Origin: an uncultured Atribacterota bacterium
GTDB taxonomy: Bacteria > Atribacterota > Phoenicimicrobiia > Phoenicimicrobiales > Stramentimicrobiaceae
DNA: 64,000 bases
Direction of reading: 5' to 3'
NCBI GenBank assembly: GCA_964428905.1
Contig: CAYSAA010000035.1
Coordinates: 281-64,280 of the forward strand
The notes beneath the pieces are model-generated. The model worked only from the letters and a program-made list of their open reading frames with translations, did not search any database and was not told where the DNA came from. The position numbers were made by a program, and so were the translations under genes. How positions within the stretch are numbered: position 1 is the stretch's first letter; every line of letters starts with the position of its first letter. This document shows positions 55,831 to 64,000 of the stretch, piece by piece.

Positions 55831-56799
55831 TCAATAAAAAGGATAAGAGGCTAACCCTAACAGGGAAAGGATTAACCCTATTCCCCAAAACAAGGTAACT
55901 ATATGTATTTCTTTCCATTTAAGCAATTCAAAATGATGATGCAATGGACTCATTTTAAAAACAGGCTTCCGGTTCATTTTTATTGCTATAACCTGTATAA
56001 TTACTGATAACGTCTCGATGACAAATACACCACCTATCAGTATTAAAAATAACTCTGTACTGGTAAAGACAGCAATGGCAGCCAGAACACCACCTAAACC
56101 CAGAGACCCAACATCTCCTAAAAATATCTTTGCCGGATGAAAATTGAATATCAAAAATCCGCTACAGGAAAGCACAATAATTAAAGAAAATATCCCTAAA
56201 TTCTTTTGCCCCTGTGAAAAAGCAATGAGAGCAAAAGAAATAAGGGCGATTACTGTCAGTCCTGTGGCTAAACCATCCAAACCATCGGTAAGATTGACTG
56301 CATTCGTGGAAGAGATAAAAACAAGTACTGCAAAGGGTATATAAATCATTCGCTGAACAAAACAGGGAGTCTGTATAAAAGGGACTATTACTGACTGATT
56401 GATTGACTGGTTCTGAAAAAACCAGAATAAAAATAAGACACAAATCACAAATTGCATAACAACCTTTGCTCTTGCTTTTAAACCCAATGATCTTCCTTTA
56501 TAATATTTAATAAAATCATCTAAGAAACCAACAAACCCAAAGCTGCATAATAAGACAAAAGCAGCATATACATTGTTGTCTTCAGGTCGTAATAAAAACA
56601 AAGAAAGACCTACAGAAAACAAGATTACCAAACCTCCCATGGTTGGTGTCCCCGTTTTGTGCTGATGTAAATCAGGTCCCTCCTGCCTGATTTTTTGTCC
56701 GATTTTATATCTTTTCTGAATTTTTATAAAAAAGGGAATAATCAGTATGGGACCAAAAAGGGCAATCATCAAAGAACCTATAATCCTAAACATGAACAC
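55831..56799 (-). CDS. mraY: Phospho-N-acetylmuramoyl-pentapeptide transferase
   Basis: 322 aa. Motifs NAVNLTDGLDGLA and PLHHHFE. Confidence 0.94.
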   Translation of the reverse strand: MFMFRIIGSLMIALFGPILIIPFFIKIQKRYKIGQKIRQEGPDLHQHKTGTPTMGGLVILFSVGLSLFLLRPEDNNVYAAFVLLCSFGFVGFLDDFIKYYKGRSLGLKARAKVVMQFVICVLFLFWFFQNQSINQSVIVPFIQTPCFVQRMIYIPFAVLVFISSTNAVNLTDGLDGLATGLTVIALISFALIAFSQGQKNLGIFSLIIVLSCSGFLIFNFHPAKIFLGDVGSLGLGGVLAAIAVFTSTELFLILIGGVFVIETLSVIIQVIAIKMNRKPVFKMSPLHHHFELLKWKEIHIVTLFWGIGLILSLLGLASYPFY

Positions 56800-56808
56800 C
56801 TTCCCTCT

Positions 56809-58224
56809 TCATTTGTCATTTTCTACCCAATATCGGACAATATCTTCCATTTGCATACCTCTGGATCCTTTGAGTAACACAATGCTATTATCCGGAACCG
56901 AATCCATCAATTGAATCGTTAATTTATCTTTATCCTCTCTATTAAAGTAATAAATTCTATCTTTCGCCATCCCGTTCTCCTGAGCACCTTTACCAATGTA
57001 AGTGCCATATTCTCCAAGGGTAATGAGTAAATCAAAAGGAAGCGATGCAACTATTCTCCCTACTGCTTCATGATAATCAGGAGCCTGATTCCCTAACTCC
57101 AGCATATCTCCCAGCACAGCAACCTTGAACCGTTCTTCGGAAATACTTGCAACACTGTTTAATGCTTCTTTCATGGCGGTGGGATTGGCATTATAATAAT
57201 CCTGTATCAAGGTTATTCCCCTGTTCATTGCCAGGCATTCCATATTCATATGTGAACTTTTAAAACTGGAAATACCCTGAATCATTTCATCTATGGAAAT
57301 ATTCATCTTTATCCCTACTGCAATAGCAGCCAGGGCATTATACACATTGAATTTTCCTAACATGGGCATGAATATATGATGAATCTTTCCCCCCTGTAAT
57401 AATAAATCAAAATGAATTCCCTTTTCCCTTTCTTGCTTAAAACTCACCACTCTCAATTGGGCTTCCATGTGAAATCCGATACTAATTACGTCGATATAAC
57501 GGGGTACTCGATTTCTAAGATAGGTAAAATATTCATCATCACGATTTAGGATTGCTGTCCCCTTATCCTTTAATACTACCATTATTTCCGATTTCTCCTT
57601 GGCTATATTGTCTCTACTTTCAAACAAACCAATATGTGCTTCACCAATATTAGTAACAATGGCAATATCAGGCTTTACAATATTGGTCAGCTCCTTTATT
57701 TCTCCCAACTTCTGGGCAGCCATCTCCATCACCAATACCTTATGATATGGTGCTAAGCCAAGAAGTGTTAAAGGAACACCTATTTCATTATTATAATTAC
57801 CCTGAGATTTTAACACATGGTATTTAGGTGTCAACAAATGAGCAATGATCTCTTTGGTAGTAGTCTTGCCATTACTTCCTGTAATGCAGATATTCAAAGT
57901 TTTAAATAGGGATTGATAGTGACGAGCCCATAGCTGAAGAGCCACTAGTGAGTTATCAACCAATAGAAAAGGTCGTTTGTACTCGTAGGGAAATAATTGG
58001 TGATTTTGAAAAAATATTTTCTCTAATACAACGCCACCGGCACCCTTCTGGCAAGCACTTCTGATAAATTGATGACCGTCATACTTTTCTCCTCTTAAAG
58101 CAAAAAAAAGTTCACCAGACTTGATTGTCCTGCTGTCAATAGATATATTTTCCCACTCTATATTCCTATCTCCCAGTAGTATTGATTCCGGTATCACTTT
58201 GGCCAGATCATTTAATCGAAACAT
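56809..58224 (-). CDS. murF: UDP-MurNAc-tripeptide--D-Ala-D-Ala ligase
   Basis: 471 aa. ITGSNGKTTTKE motif. Position lies between murE and mraY. Confidence 0.92.
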   Translation of the reverse strand: MFRLNDLAKVIPESILLGDRNIEWENISIDSRTIKSGELFFALRGEKYDGHQFIRSACQKGAGGVVLEKIFFQNHQLFPYEYKRPFLLVDNSLVALQLWARHYQSLFKTLNICITGSNGKTTTKEIIAHLLTPKYHVLKSQGNYNNEIGVPLTLLGLAPYHKVLVMEMAAQKLGEIKELTNIVKPDIAIVTNIGEAHIGLFESRDNIAKEKSEIMVVLKDKGTAILNRDDEYFTYLRNRVPRYIDVISIGFHMEAQLRVVSFKQEREKGIHFDLLLQGGKIHHIFMPMLGKFNVYNALAAIAVGIKMNISIDEMIQGISSFKSSHMNMECLAMNRGITLIQDYYNANPTAMKEALNSVASISEERFKVAVLGDMLELGNQAPDYHEAVGRIVASLPFDLLITLGEYGTYIGKGAQENGMAKDRIYYFNREDKDKLTIQLMDSVPDNSIVLLKGSRGMQMEDIVRYWVENDK

Positions 58225-58227
58225 AGA

Positions 58228-59709
58228 TCAACTACCCTTTTTCATGATTATTTGACGGACAGCTTCTTCATCATTATGATAAATAGTTCGATTGTGATAT
58301 ACCTGCTTATTTTCAGGACCTTTCCCGGCAATCAAGACAATATCATCCTTTTCAGCAATATCTAAGGCATACTCAATTGCCTGAACACGATCTAAAATTA
58401 CTCGATAGTTGCAATTATTAACCTCTTTTAATCCTTTTTCTATCTCTCTGGAAATCTTGATCGGATTTTCACTTCTGGGGTTATCAGTGGTAATAACACT
58501 ACAATCACTGTGCATCCCAACGACCTGTCCCATCTTTTTTCTTACCCGATAATCCCTCTCTCCGCCATGACCAAAAACGGTAATAATCTTATTTCTGGGA
58601 AAAAGTTCCAAAGTTTTTAGAATATTTTCTAATCCGTGAAAGTTATGGGCAAAATCAATGATAATAGTATAAGGTTGTCCATAATCTAATATTTTATATC
58701 TGCCCGGAGCACCCGGAAACTTACGAAAAGCACTGGCAATTACTTCCAAAGAAACACCCTGGCTTACAGCAGCGGCCATAGCTGCCAGGGCATTATATAT
58801 ATTATATTTGCCACTCATATTTAATAATATTTCTACATTCCCTTGAGAGGTTTCTGCCGTAAAACGTGTCTCCTTCAGATTGATAGTTATATCCTTAGCA
58901 TGAAACATGCTTTCCTTATCAATTCCATAGGTAACCGTATCCACCTGAAGGCAATCCATAAATTCTTTAGCATAAGGTTCATCAATATTAATAATTCCTT
59001 TTTTATGATAAATACCTTTCTTTGAGCTATACATGGACTGAAATAATTTCTTTTTACTATTCAGATAATTTTGGAAATTGTTATGGATTTCAAAATGCTC
59101 ATCACTGATATTGGTAAAAATAGCTATATCAAAATCGCACCCTTCTACCCTTGATAAACTAAGTGCATGAGAAGAGACTTCCATAATAACATAATCAGTA
59201 TTACAGGCTTGCATTTTACAAAATGATTTCTGTAAATCAAGTGATTCCATGGTGGTCATGTTGGATTCTACTGATTGATGGTCAATGATATTCTCAACTG
59301 TTGTTAACAGGCCAATTTTTTTATGGTCCTCTTCGAAAATTGCTTTTAGCATATAGGCTACGGTTGTCTTGCCGTTTGTTCCGGTAATACCAATCAATTT
59401 TAAGTTACGTGATGGATAATTGTAATATCGATTGGCCAATAAGGCAAGTGCTTCTCGGGTATCCTTTACCCGTATAAAGGTAATACCTTGGCCAATAGGA
59501 ATATCTTTCTGCAGCAAAATCGCCCTGGCTCCCCTTTGTATTGCCTGGGGAATAAACTGATGTCCGTCCCGGACAAAACCATTTATACAAACAAATAGAT
59601 GGTCCTTCTCAACTGTTTTAGAATTTTGTGATATTCCGTCAATTTCAATATCAGTATTCCCTTTGATTTCTATAATACTTAAATCCTGGATTAAATTTGT
59701 TAATTTCAC
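58228..59709 (-). CDS. murE: UDP-MurNAc-L-Ala-D-Glu--2,6-diaminopimelate (or Lys) ligase
   Basis: 493 aa. Motifs GITGTNGKTT and TTDNPRSENP. Confidence 0.92.
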   Translation of the reverse strand: MKLTNLIQDLSIIEIKGNTDIEIDGISQNSKTVEKDHLFVCINGFVRDGHQFIPQAIQRGARAILLQKDIPIGQGITFIRVKDTREALALLANRYYNYPSRNLKLIGITGTNGKTTVAYMLKAIFEEDHKKIGLLTTVENIIDHQSVESNMTTMESLDLQKSFCKMQACNTDYVIMEVSSHALSLSRVEGCDFDIAIFTNISDEHFEIHNNFQNYLNSKKKLFQSMYSSKKGIYHKKGIINIDEPYAKEFMDCLQVDTVTYGIDKESMFHAKDITINLKETRFTAETSQGNVEILLNMSGKYNIYNALAAMAAAVSQGVSLEVIASAFRKFPGAPGRYKILDYGQPYTIIIDFAHNFHGLENILKTLELFPRNKIITVFGHGGERDYRVRKKMGQVVGMHSDCSVITTDNPRSENPIKISREIEKGLKEVNNCNYRVILDRVQAIEYALDIAEKDDIVLIAGKGPENKQVYHNRTIYHNDEEAVRQIIMKKGS

Positions 59710-59840
59710 TAAATCACCTTAATACATAAACCTATCATCTTGATTTGAAAATATCGATAATGTGTAAATGAACGAAATAAACATACCAGGAATATCTTAC
59801 TGAATATCTTTTGAAAAGTAAAATATTTTCCCAGATATCT

Positions 59841-61523
59841 TTATTCAGGAGGGATTGATAAATAGGGAAGAACCTTTGTTGCAATTTCTTGAAAAACCGG
59901 AGCTGCTACTGTCCCTCCATAATAACTTCCCTTTGGCTCATCCAGCATGACTAAAATAGCAATTTCTGCGTCATGGCTGGGAGCAAATCCTACAAACCAG
60001 GAAGTGAATTTCTCATTGGAATATCTTCCCAGGGAAAAATCAAATTTTTGGGAAGTACCGGTTTTACCACCAGCCGTATAATTCTCCAGTCTTGCCCTGG
60101 TTCCTGTTCCATCATCTATAACTTCCTGTAAAATATTCATCATCGTATTTGCTGTAAATAAAGATACAACTCGTCGAACTTCTTCAGGTTTATATTGTCT
60201 AATTGTATTATACTCTGAATCAATAATTTCTTTAATTAGTAATGGTTTCATCAAAATACCGTTATTAGCAATCGCGGCTGTGGCCATAACTAATTGCAGG
60301 GGGGTAACTGATACCTCCTGTCCGATGGACAAAGAAGCAATGGAAATTTTGGACCATTGATTGACCGGTCTAAATAATCCAGGAGTTTCACCTGGCAAAT
60401 GAATACCAGTTTCTTCGCTAAAACCAAAAGCACGAATGGATTCAGCAAAAATATTTTCATCAATCCTTGTCCCTACCTCAATTAGACCGACATTGCAAGA
60501 ATTTTTTACAATGTCTGTTAAATCCTGTGGACCATGTGGGTGAATATCATGGAAAACAGTTCCCTGGTAATTAATCCAACCCTTGCAGTTAAAACGATCA
60601 TTCAGGCTGGCAACACCATTCTCCAGAGCGGTAGCAATGGTGAATATTTTAAAAGTCGAACCAGGCTCATAATTATCAGTAATAGCGCGATTTTTCCAAC
60701 TGTCTTCCGATGAATTTTGAAAATGATTAAGATCAAAGGTAGGTTTCACTGACATGCTTAAAATTTCACCTGTTTTGGGGTTAACCACAATTGCAACCGC
60801 TGATTTGGGCCGATATTGTTGATAAGCTTTATTCAATGCCTCTTCAGTAATGTATTGTATAACTTCATCAATCGTTAGCACAATTGAAAGACCATCTTTG
60901 GAAGGTTGTATTCTTTCCATACTTAACGGTATTTTTTCTCCGGATGCATCCCTTTCCATAACAACTAAACCGGGTATACTTTTCAGTTCTTCATCAAAAT
61001 ACATCTCGAGACCTTCCAAGCCCTGATTATCAATTCCTACAAATCCTAAGATATTGGCAGCAAGGAAATCTCTAGGATAATACCTCTTATTTTCCGTTAC
61101 GAAATCAACCCCTTCCAAATCCATTTTTTGTAATTCCTCATAACTTTCTGGGGGTAGTTTCCTCTGAATCCAGACAAAGTACTTTTCTTTTTCTAACTTT
61201 GTACTGATATCCTGGTATTTCAAATCAAGCTTATCTGAAAGAATTAAGGCTATTTCATCAGGATTATCAATTTTATAAGGCATGGCAAATAATGATTTTG
61301 AATCTACATTAACAGCCAATTTTTTTAGATTTCGGTCAAAGATGATTCCTCTTTTGCCATCTAAAACATAGGACATAATATGTTCTCTTCTGGCAAGTTC
61401 ATTGAGTTTACTGCCCTCTACTACCTGTATTTGATAAAGACGGTAAATCAATACTAAAAAGATAATAAAAAAAATAATAAATAATAAAAGAACTCTTTCT
61501 CTTTTTTCGTTTAATTGAAACAA
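59841..61523 (-). CDS. ftsI: Class B penicillin-binding protein (FtsI / PBP2B transpeptidase)
   Basis: 560 aa. N-terminal TM segment, then STFK, SCN and KTGT active-site motifs. Confidence 0.92.
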   Translation of the reverse strand: MFQLNEKRERVLLLFIIFFIIFLVLIYRLYQIQVVEGSKLNELARREHIMSYVLDGKRGIIFDRNLKKLAVNVDSKSLFAMPYKIDNPDEIALILSDKLDLKYQDISTKLEKEKYFVWIQRKLPPESYEELQKMDLEGVDFVTENKRYYPRDFLAANILGFVGIDNQGLEGLEMYFDEELKSIPGLVVMERDASGEKIPLSMERIQPSKDGLSIVLTIDEVIQYITEEALNKAYQQYRPKSAVAIVVNPKTGEILSMSVKPTFDLNHFQNSSEDSWKNRAITDNYEPGSTFKIFTIATALENGVASLNDRFNCKGWINYQGTVFHDIHPHGPQDLTDIVKNSCNVGLIEVGTRIDENIFAESIRAFGFSEETGIHLPGETPGLFRPVNQWSKISIASLSIGQEVSVTPLQLVMATAAIANNGILMKPLLIKEIIDSEYNTIRQYKPEEVRRVVSLFTANTMMNILQEVIDDGTGTRARLENYTAGGKTGTSQKFDFSLGRYSNEKFTSWFVGFAPSHDAEIAILVMLDEPKGSYYGGTVAAPVFQEIATKVLPYLSIPPE

Positions 61524-61565
61524 AATATTATGCCTCGTCTGTTAGATTTACTACCATTCTATTAT

Positions 61566-62006
61566 TTATTGATTTTTTATGATTTGTAAATTAGCAAACT
61601 CCTTCAGAAAAGCACCCGCCTCTAAATATCCTGCACCATTCCTTTCCTCAGGAGGCTGGCTGACTACTAAATTCATGTTGATATCTGCGGGAAGCATGAC
61701 AATAAACTCTATATTTTCCGGACGATGCATTCCCAATTCCTGACATGCTATCTGTTCAATTCGGGTCAAGGAAGAAAGTTGTTCAACTGAATATACCAGC
61801 AGATCTTTTCTTACCAGTAACTGTTCACTTTTCTGCTCTAAATCAATTGATTGATAGCCTAATTTCATTAACATTATATTACTGCATATGTACCCTATGA
61901 CCAACAGGCTAATGATGATAACTATAAATAAGAAAAAAGAGAATGATACCTTATGATTTCTTTCCTTAAATTGACTGTTTTCCTCAATGAACAAATTGTT
62001 TCTCAT
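61566..62006 (-). CDS. ftsL: FtsL-like cell-division protein (single TM + coiled coil)
   Basis: Small bitopic protein located between rsmH and ftsI. I prefer the ATG at 62006; the track start at 62042 overlaps rsmH by 59 nt. Confidence 0.7.
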   Translation of the reverse strand: MRNNLFIEENSQFKERNHKVSFSFFLFIVIIISLLVIGYICSNIMLMKLGYQSIDLEQKSEQLLVRKDLLVYSVEQLSSLTRIEQIACQELGMHRPENIEFIVMLPADINMNLVVSQPPEERNGAGYLEAGAFLKEFANLQIIKNQ

Positions 62007-62940
62007 TTTCAAATACTTTCTCTGAAAATATTTTTTCAGCAACTCTCATTTTGGCACTACGGGCTTTACGATTTTCATTAATCTCGTTTTCGGTAGGATA
62101 AAATGGTTTTTTTGATATTACTCTCAATCCATACCCGTAAAGAGTAATTCTTTCTTTGTTCGCCAATTCTTTGAATGTATGTTTAACAATCCTGTCCTCT
62201 AATGAATGATAGGAGATCACACAAATCCTTCCCTTCTGTGCTAGAAAGTTAACCGCCTGGTATAATACTCCTCTTAGTGCCTCTAACTCATTATTGACCT
62301 CAATCCTCAAGGCTTGAAATACTCTGGTGGCTGGATGGATGCGCCATTTATTTTTTTTATACCTACTATAAACATCAGTAATTAATTTTGCCAGCTGTGT
62401 TGTTGTTTGAATTGGTTTATTATTTCTCTCTTTTACAATTAACCTGGCAATTGACCGTGAGAAACGTTCCTCTCCATATTTACTAAAAATGTTCCATAAT
62501 TCTTTTTCTGAATAATGGTTTACAATATAGCGTGCATCCAATGTTTTGCTTACATCCATCCTCATATCTAAAAGATGCTCTTCTAAAAAACTGAAACCTC
62601 TAGATTGAGAATTAATTTGGTGAGATGATAAACCTAAATCAATCAAAACACCGGTAACATTTTTCAAACCCAGATCCCGTAACGACATTTCCAAATGAGT
62701 AAAATTACTTTTTATCATTATGATTTTATCCTGATAAGCTCTTAAGTTTTCTCTGGCATACTCCAAAGCTTCTACATCCTGATCCAACCCGATAAGCAAC
62801 CCTTCAGGATAGATCTTCTTTATAATTTCTTTTGCATGACCACCTCCCCCTAAAGTACAGTCAACATAGACTCCTTCTGTTTTTGTAATTAAATAAGATA
62901 AAACTTGTGAACACATCACCGGGATATGAAAATCCATCAC
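61984..62940 (-). CDS. rsmH: 16S rRNA (cytosine1402-N4)-methyltransferase
   Basis: 318 aa. Motifs HIPVM, DCTLGGGGH and DLGLSS. Confidence 0.94.
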   Translation of the reverse strand: MMDFHIPVMCSQVLSYLITKTEGVYVDCTLGGGGHAKEIIKKIYPEGLLIGLDQDVEALEYARENLRAYQDKIIMIKSNFTHLEMSLRDLGLKNVTGVLIDLGLSSHQINSQSRGFSFLEEHLLDMRMDVSKTLDARYIVNHYSEKELWNIFSKYGEERFSRSIARLIVKERNNKPIQTTTQLAKLITDVYSRYKKNKWRIHPATRVFQALRIEVNNELEALRGVLYQAVNFLAQKGRICVISYHSLEDRIVKHTFKELANKERITLYGYGLRVISKKPFYPTENEINENRKARSAKMRVAEKIFSEKVFENEKQFVH

Positions 62941-63380
62941 GAATCGTGTCTTTCTTTTTCATAAATACGCTCAGCAATATCTTCATAGGATTGTTCTGTT
63001 TCTTCTGCATATCCTCTCCACCTGTCTAAATCCCAGATTTCAATACGCTCAAAAACACCGATAATCATGACATTACTATTAATCTCAGCATAATCTCTTA
63101 AATACCTGGAGATAACAACTCTTCCCTGCTGGTCAAAATGGCTAATCAATGCTCTGGAGGCTAAGGTTCTACTAAAAGCCCGGGCATCTTTTTTACCGAA
63201 AGGAAGTGCCTGAAGATTGTTGGCCAACTTTTGCCATTCTTCCATAGGATAAACAAAAAGGCATCTATCTAACCCGAAGGTTATGACAAAAGGATCTCCT
63301 AAATCCTCCCGAAACCTGGAAGGCATAATAATTCTACCCTTTTTATCCAGAGAATGTTCATACTGACCCAGGAACATCAT
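62937..63380 (-). CDS. mraZ: Transcriptional regulator MraZ
   Basis: MMFLGQYEHSLDKKGRIIMPSRFRE matches the canonical MraZ N-terminus. I prefer the ATG at 63380 over the GTG at 63398, which lies inside the repeat array. Confidence 0.92.
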   Translation of the reverse strand: MMFLGQYEHSLDKKGRIIMPSRFREDLGDPFVITFGLDRCLFVYPMEEWQKLANNLQALPFGKKDARAFSRTLASRALISHFDQQGRVVISRYLRDYAEINSNVMIIGVFERIEIWDLDRWRGYAEETEQSYEDIAERIYEKERHDS

Positions 63381-63410
63381 TTTGCCACTTTCCTCCACTT
63401 TCCTCCACTT
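63381..63410 (-). promoter_or_regulatory. Probable MraZ operator: three direct GTGG boxes at 10-bp spacing
   Basis: Minus strand reads AAGTGGAGGA AAGTGGAGGA AAGTGGCAAA immediately before the mraZ ATG. Plus-strand CCAC occurs at 63385-88, 63395-98 and 63405-08. Confidence 0.65.
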
Positions 63411-63411
63411 A

Positions 63412-63439
63412 TGTATAAATAGTATACTACACTTTGCAA
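63412..63439 (-). promoter_or_regulatory. Candidate dcw/mraZ promoter (TTGCAA-16-TATACA) preceded by an A/T-tract
   Basis: On the minus strand, TTGCAA (63439-63434) and TATACA (63417-63412). This places the start site at the first GTGG box. A long A/T tract at about 63450-63478 resembles an UP element. Confidence 0.4.
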
Positions 63440-63556
63440 GAAAAATCCTCTTTTTTTTAAAAATTTTTAAAAAAAATTCAGAAAATAGTAGGAAAGGTGA
63501 TGATACGAACCATTACTTAGTGAATAAACCAGAGAAATGCAAAGAAAAAATAGGAA

Positions 63557-63594
63557 ACAAAAAAGAAGCGCACTTAAAAATGCGCTTCTTTTTT
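63557..63594 (-). terminator. Rho-independent (bidirectional) terminator after rnpB
   Basis: GAAGCGCA (63565-72) and TGCGCTTC (63581-88) form an 8-bp GC-rich stem, flanked by A6 and T6 runs. Confidence 0.8.
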
Positions 63595-63963
63595 GACAAG
63601 CAAATCATAAGCCGAGTTCTGTCACTGTTTCTTCTTTAAATAATAAAGAGAAACAATGTGGTAATCATCTATCTGGAGCATAAGTTACCTTATACTTCTA
63701 GCGATCTACCCGGAAACTTATAGCGGGCAACTACCTGTTTCCTTCTTGATCTTGCTCCAAGCGGGGTTTGCTAAGCTTATTGGTCACCCAATAACTGGTA
63801 GGCTCTTACCCTGCCTTTTCACCATTGCCATAAAGGCTGTTTCTTTTCTGTAGCACTTTCCTGGGGTTACCCCCACTGGGTGTTACCCAGCACTCTGCCC
63901 TGTGGAGCTCGGACTTTCCTCAGACTATAAAAGAAAGTCTGCGATTACCTGATTTACTTGCCA
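63595..63963 (-). ncRNA. rnpB: RNase P RNA (type A-like)
   Basis: The minus strand carries GAGGAAAGUCCGAGCUCCACAGGGCAGAGUGCUGGGUAACACCCAGUGGGGGUAACCCCAGGAAAGUGCUACAGAAA, then GGUAAGAGC, GGAGCAAG and CCAGAUAGAUGAUUACC, ending in ACAGAACUCGGCUUAUGAUUUGCUUG. The order and spelling follow the E. coli M1 RNA conserved blocks. P1 can form between CAAGUAAAUCA (5') and UGAUUUGCUUG (3'). Ends are accurate to about 5 nt. Confidence 0.9.
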
Positions 63964-64000
63964 AGGGATATTTATTCTGTTCATTATAATTATACTATGA

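Noticed and set aside
63396-63398. The track uses a GTG start for mraZ (MEESGK...).
   Set aside because: It lies inside the second GTGG operator repeat, with only 3 nt of Shine-Dalgarno spacing. MraZ homologs begin at MF(L/M)G, which matches the ATG at 63380.
1-64000. I searched for CRISPR arrays, IS elements/transposases, integrases, prophage genes, toxin-antitoxin pairs, restriction-modification or other defence systems, and tRNA/rRNA genes.
   Set aside because: No repeat-spacer periodicity, terminal inverted repeats, recombinase or nuclease signature motifs, or tRNA-like cloverleaf sequences were apparent. Every ORF longer than 90 aa outside antisense shadows is accounted for by metabolic, transport or housekeeping families.

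Overview
This is a 64-kb window of a low-GC bacterial chromosome. Its gene content (Mo-hydroxylases, Fe-S flavoproteins) suggests an anaerobe. I call 56 protein genes, 55 of them on the minus strand, plus one RNA gene. I saw no mobile elements, CRISPR arrays, rRNA or tRNA genes, or recognisable defence systems.

Left half (1-30.5 kb): a co-directional purine-catabolism island related to the E. coli ygeV-ygfQ locus.
- ygeY-like peptidase (truncated by the window edge)
- hydantoinase/allantoinase-like amidohydrolase
- two paralogous BMP-type ABC importers
- an XRE-cupin regulator
- a four-gene Mo-hydroxylase whose molybdopterin subunit is naturally split (F-S-L-M order)
- ygfK
- a cofactor-maturation trio: mocA, a MoCF-like protein and a DUF364 protein
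- ssnA and an 8-oxoguanine/guanine-deaminase-like amidohydrolase
- a second hydroxylase of the three-gene xdhABC type
- adenine deaminase

Right half:
- rqcH, the only plus-strand gene
- the Firmicute-style block rluD-lspA-ileS (with a T-box leader)-divIVA-yggT
- an orphan phoU
- a livJHMGF amino-acid ABC importer
- a five-gene HcnABC / archaeal proline-dehydrogenase-like flavo-Fe-S enzyme
- a dcw cluster (ftsZ, ftsA, ftsQ, murB, murC, murG, ftsW, mraY, murF, murE, ftsI, ftsL, rsmH, mraZ) that lacks murD
- a type-A-like RNase P RNA gene

Most interesting, in my judgement:
- the split FSLM hydroxylase next to an intact XdhABC paralog
- the non-canonical Moco accessory module, with Cys/His-rich tails and no XdhC/YqeB/YqeC
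- the YgfK + hydantoinase + M20 peptidase trio, read as a reductive ring-cleavage route
- long structured leaders with no recognisable purine riboswitch

All family assignments rest on motif recognition and remembered homologs. No database search was possible, so they need HMM/BLAST confirmation.
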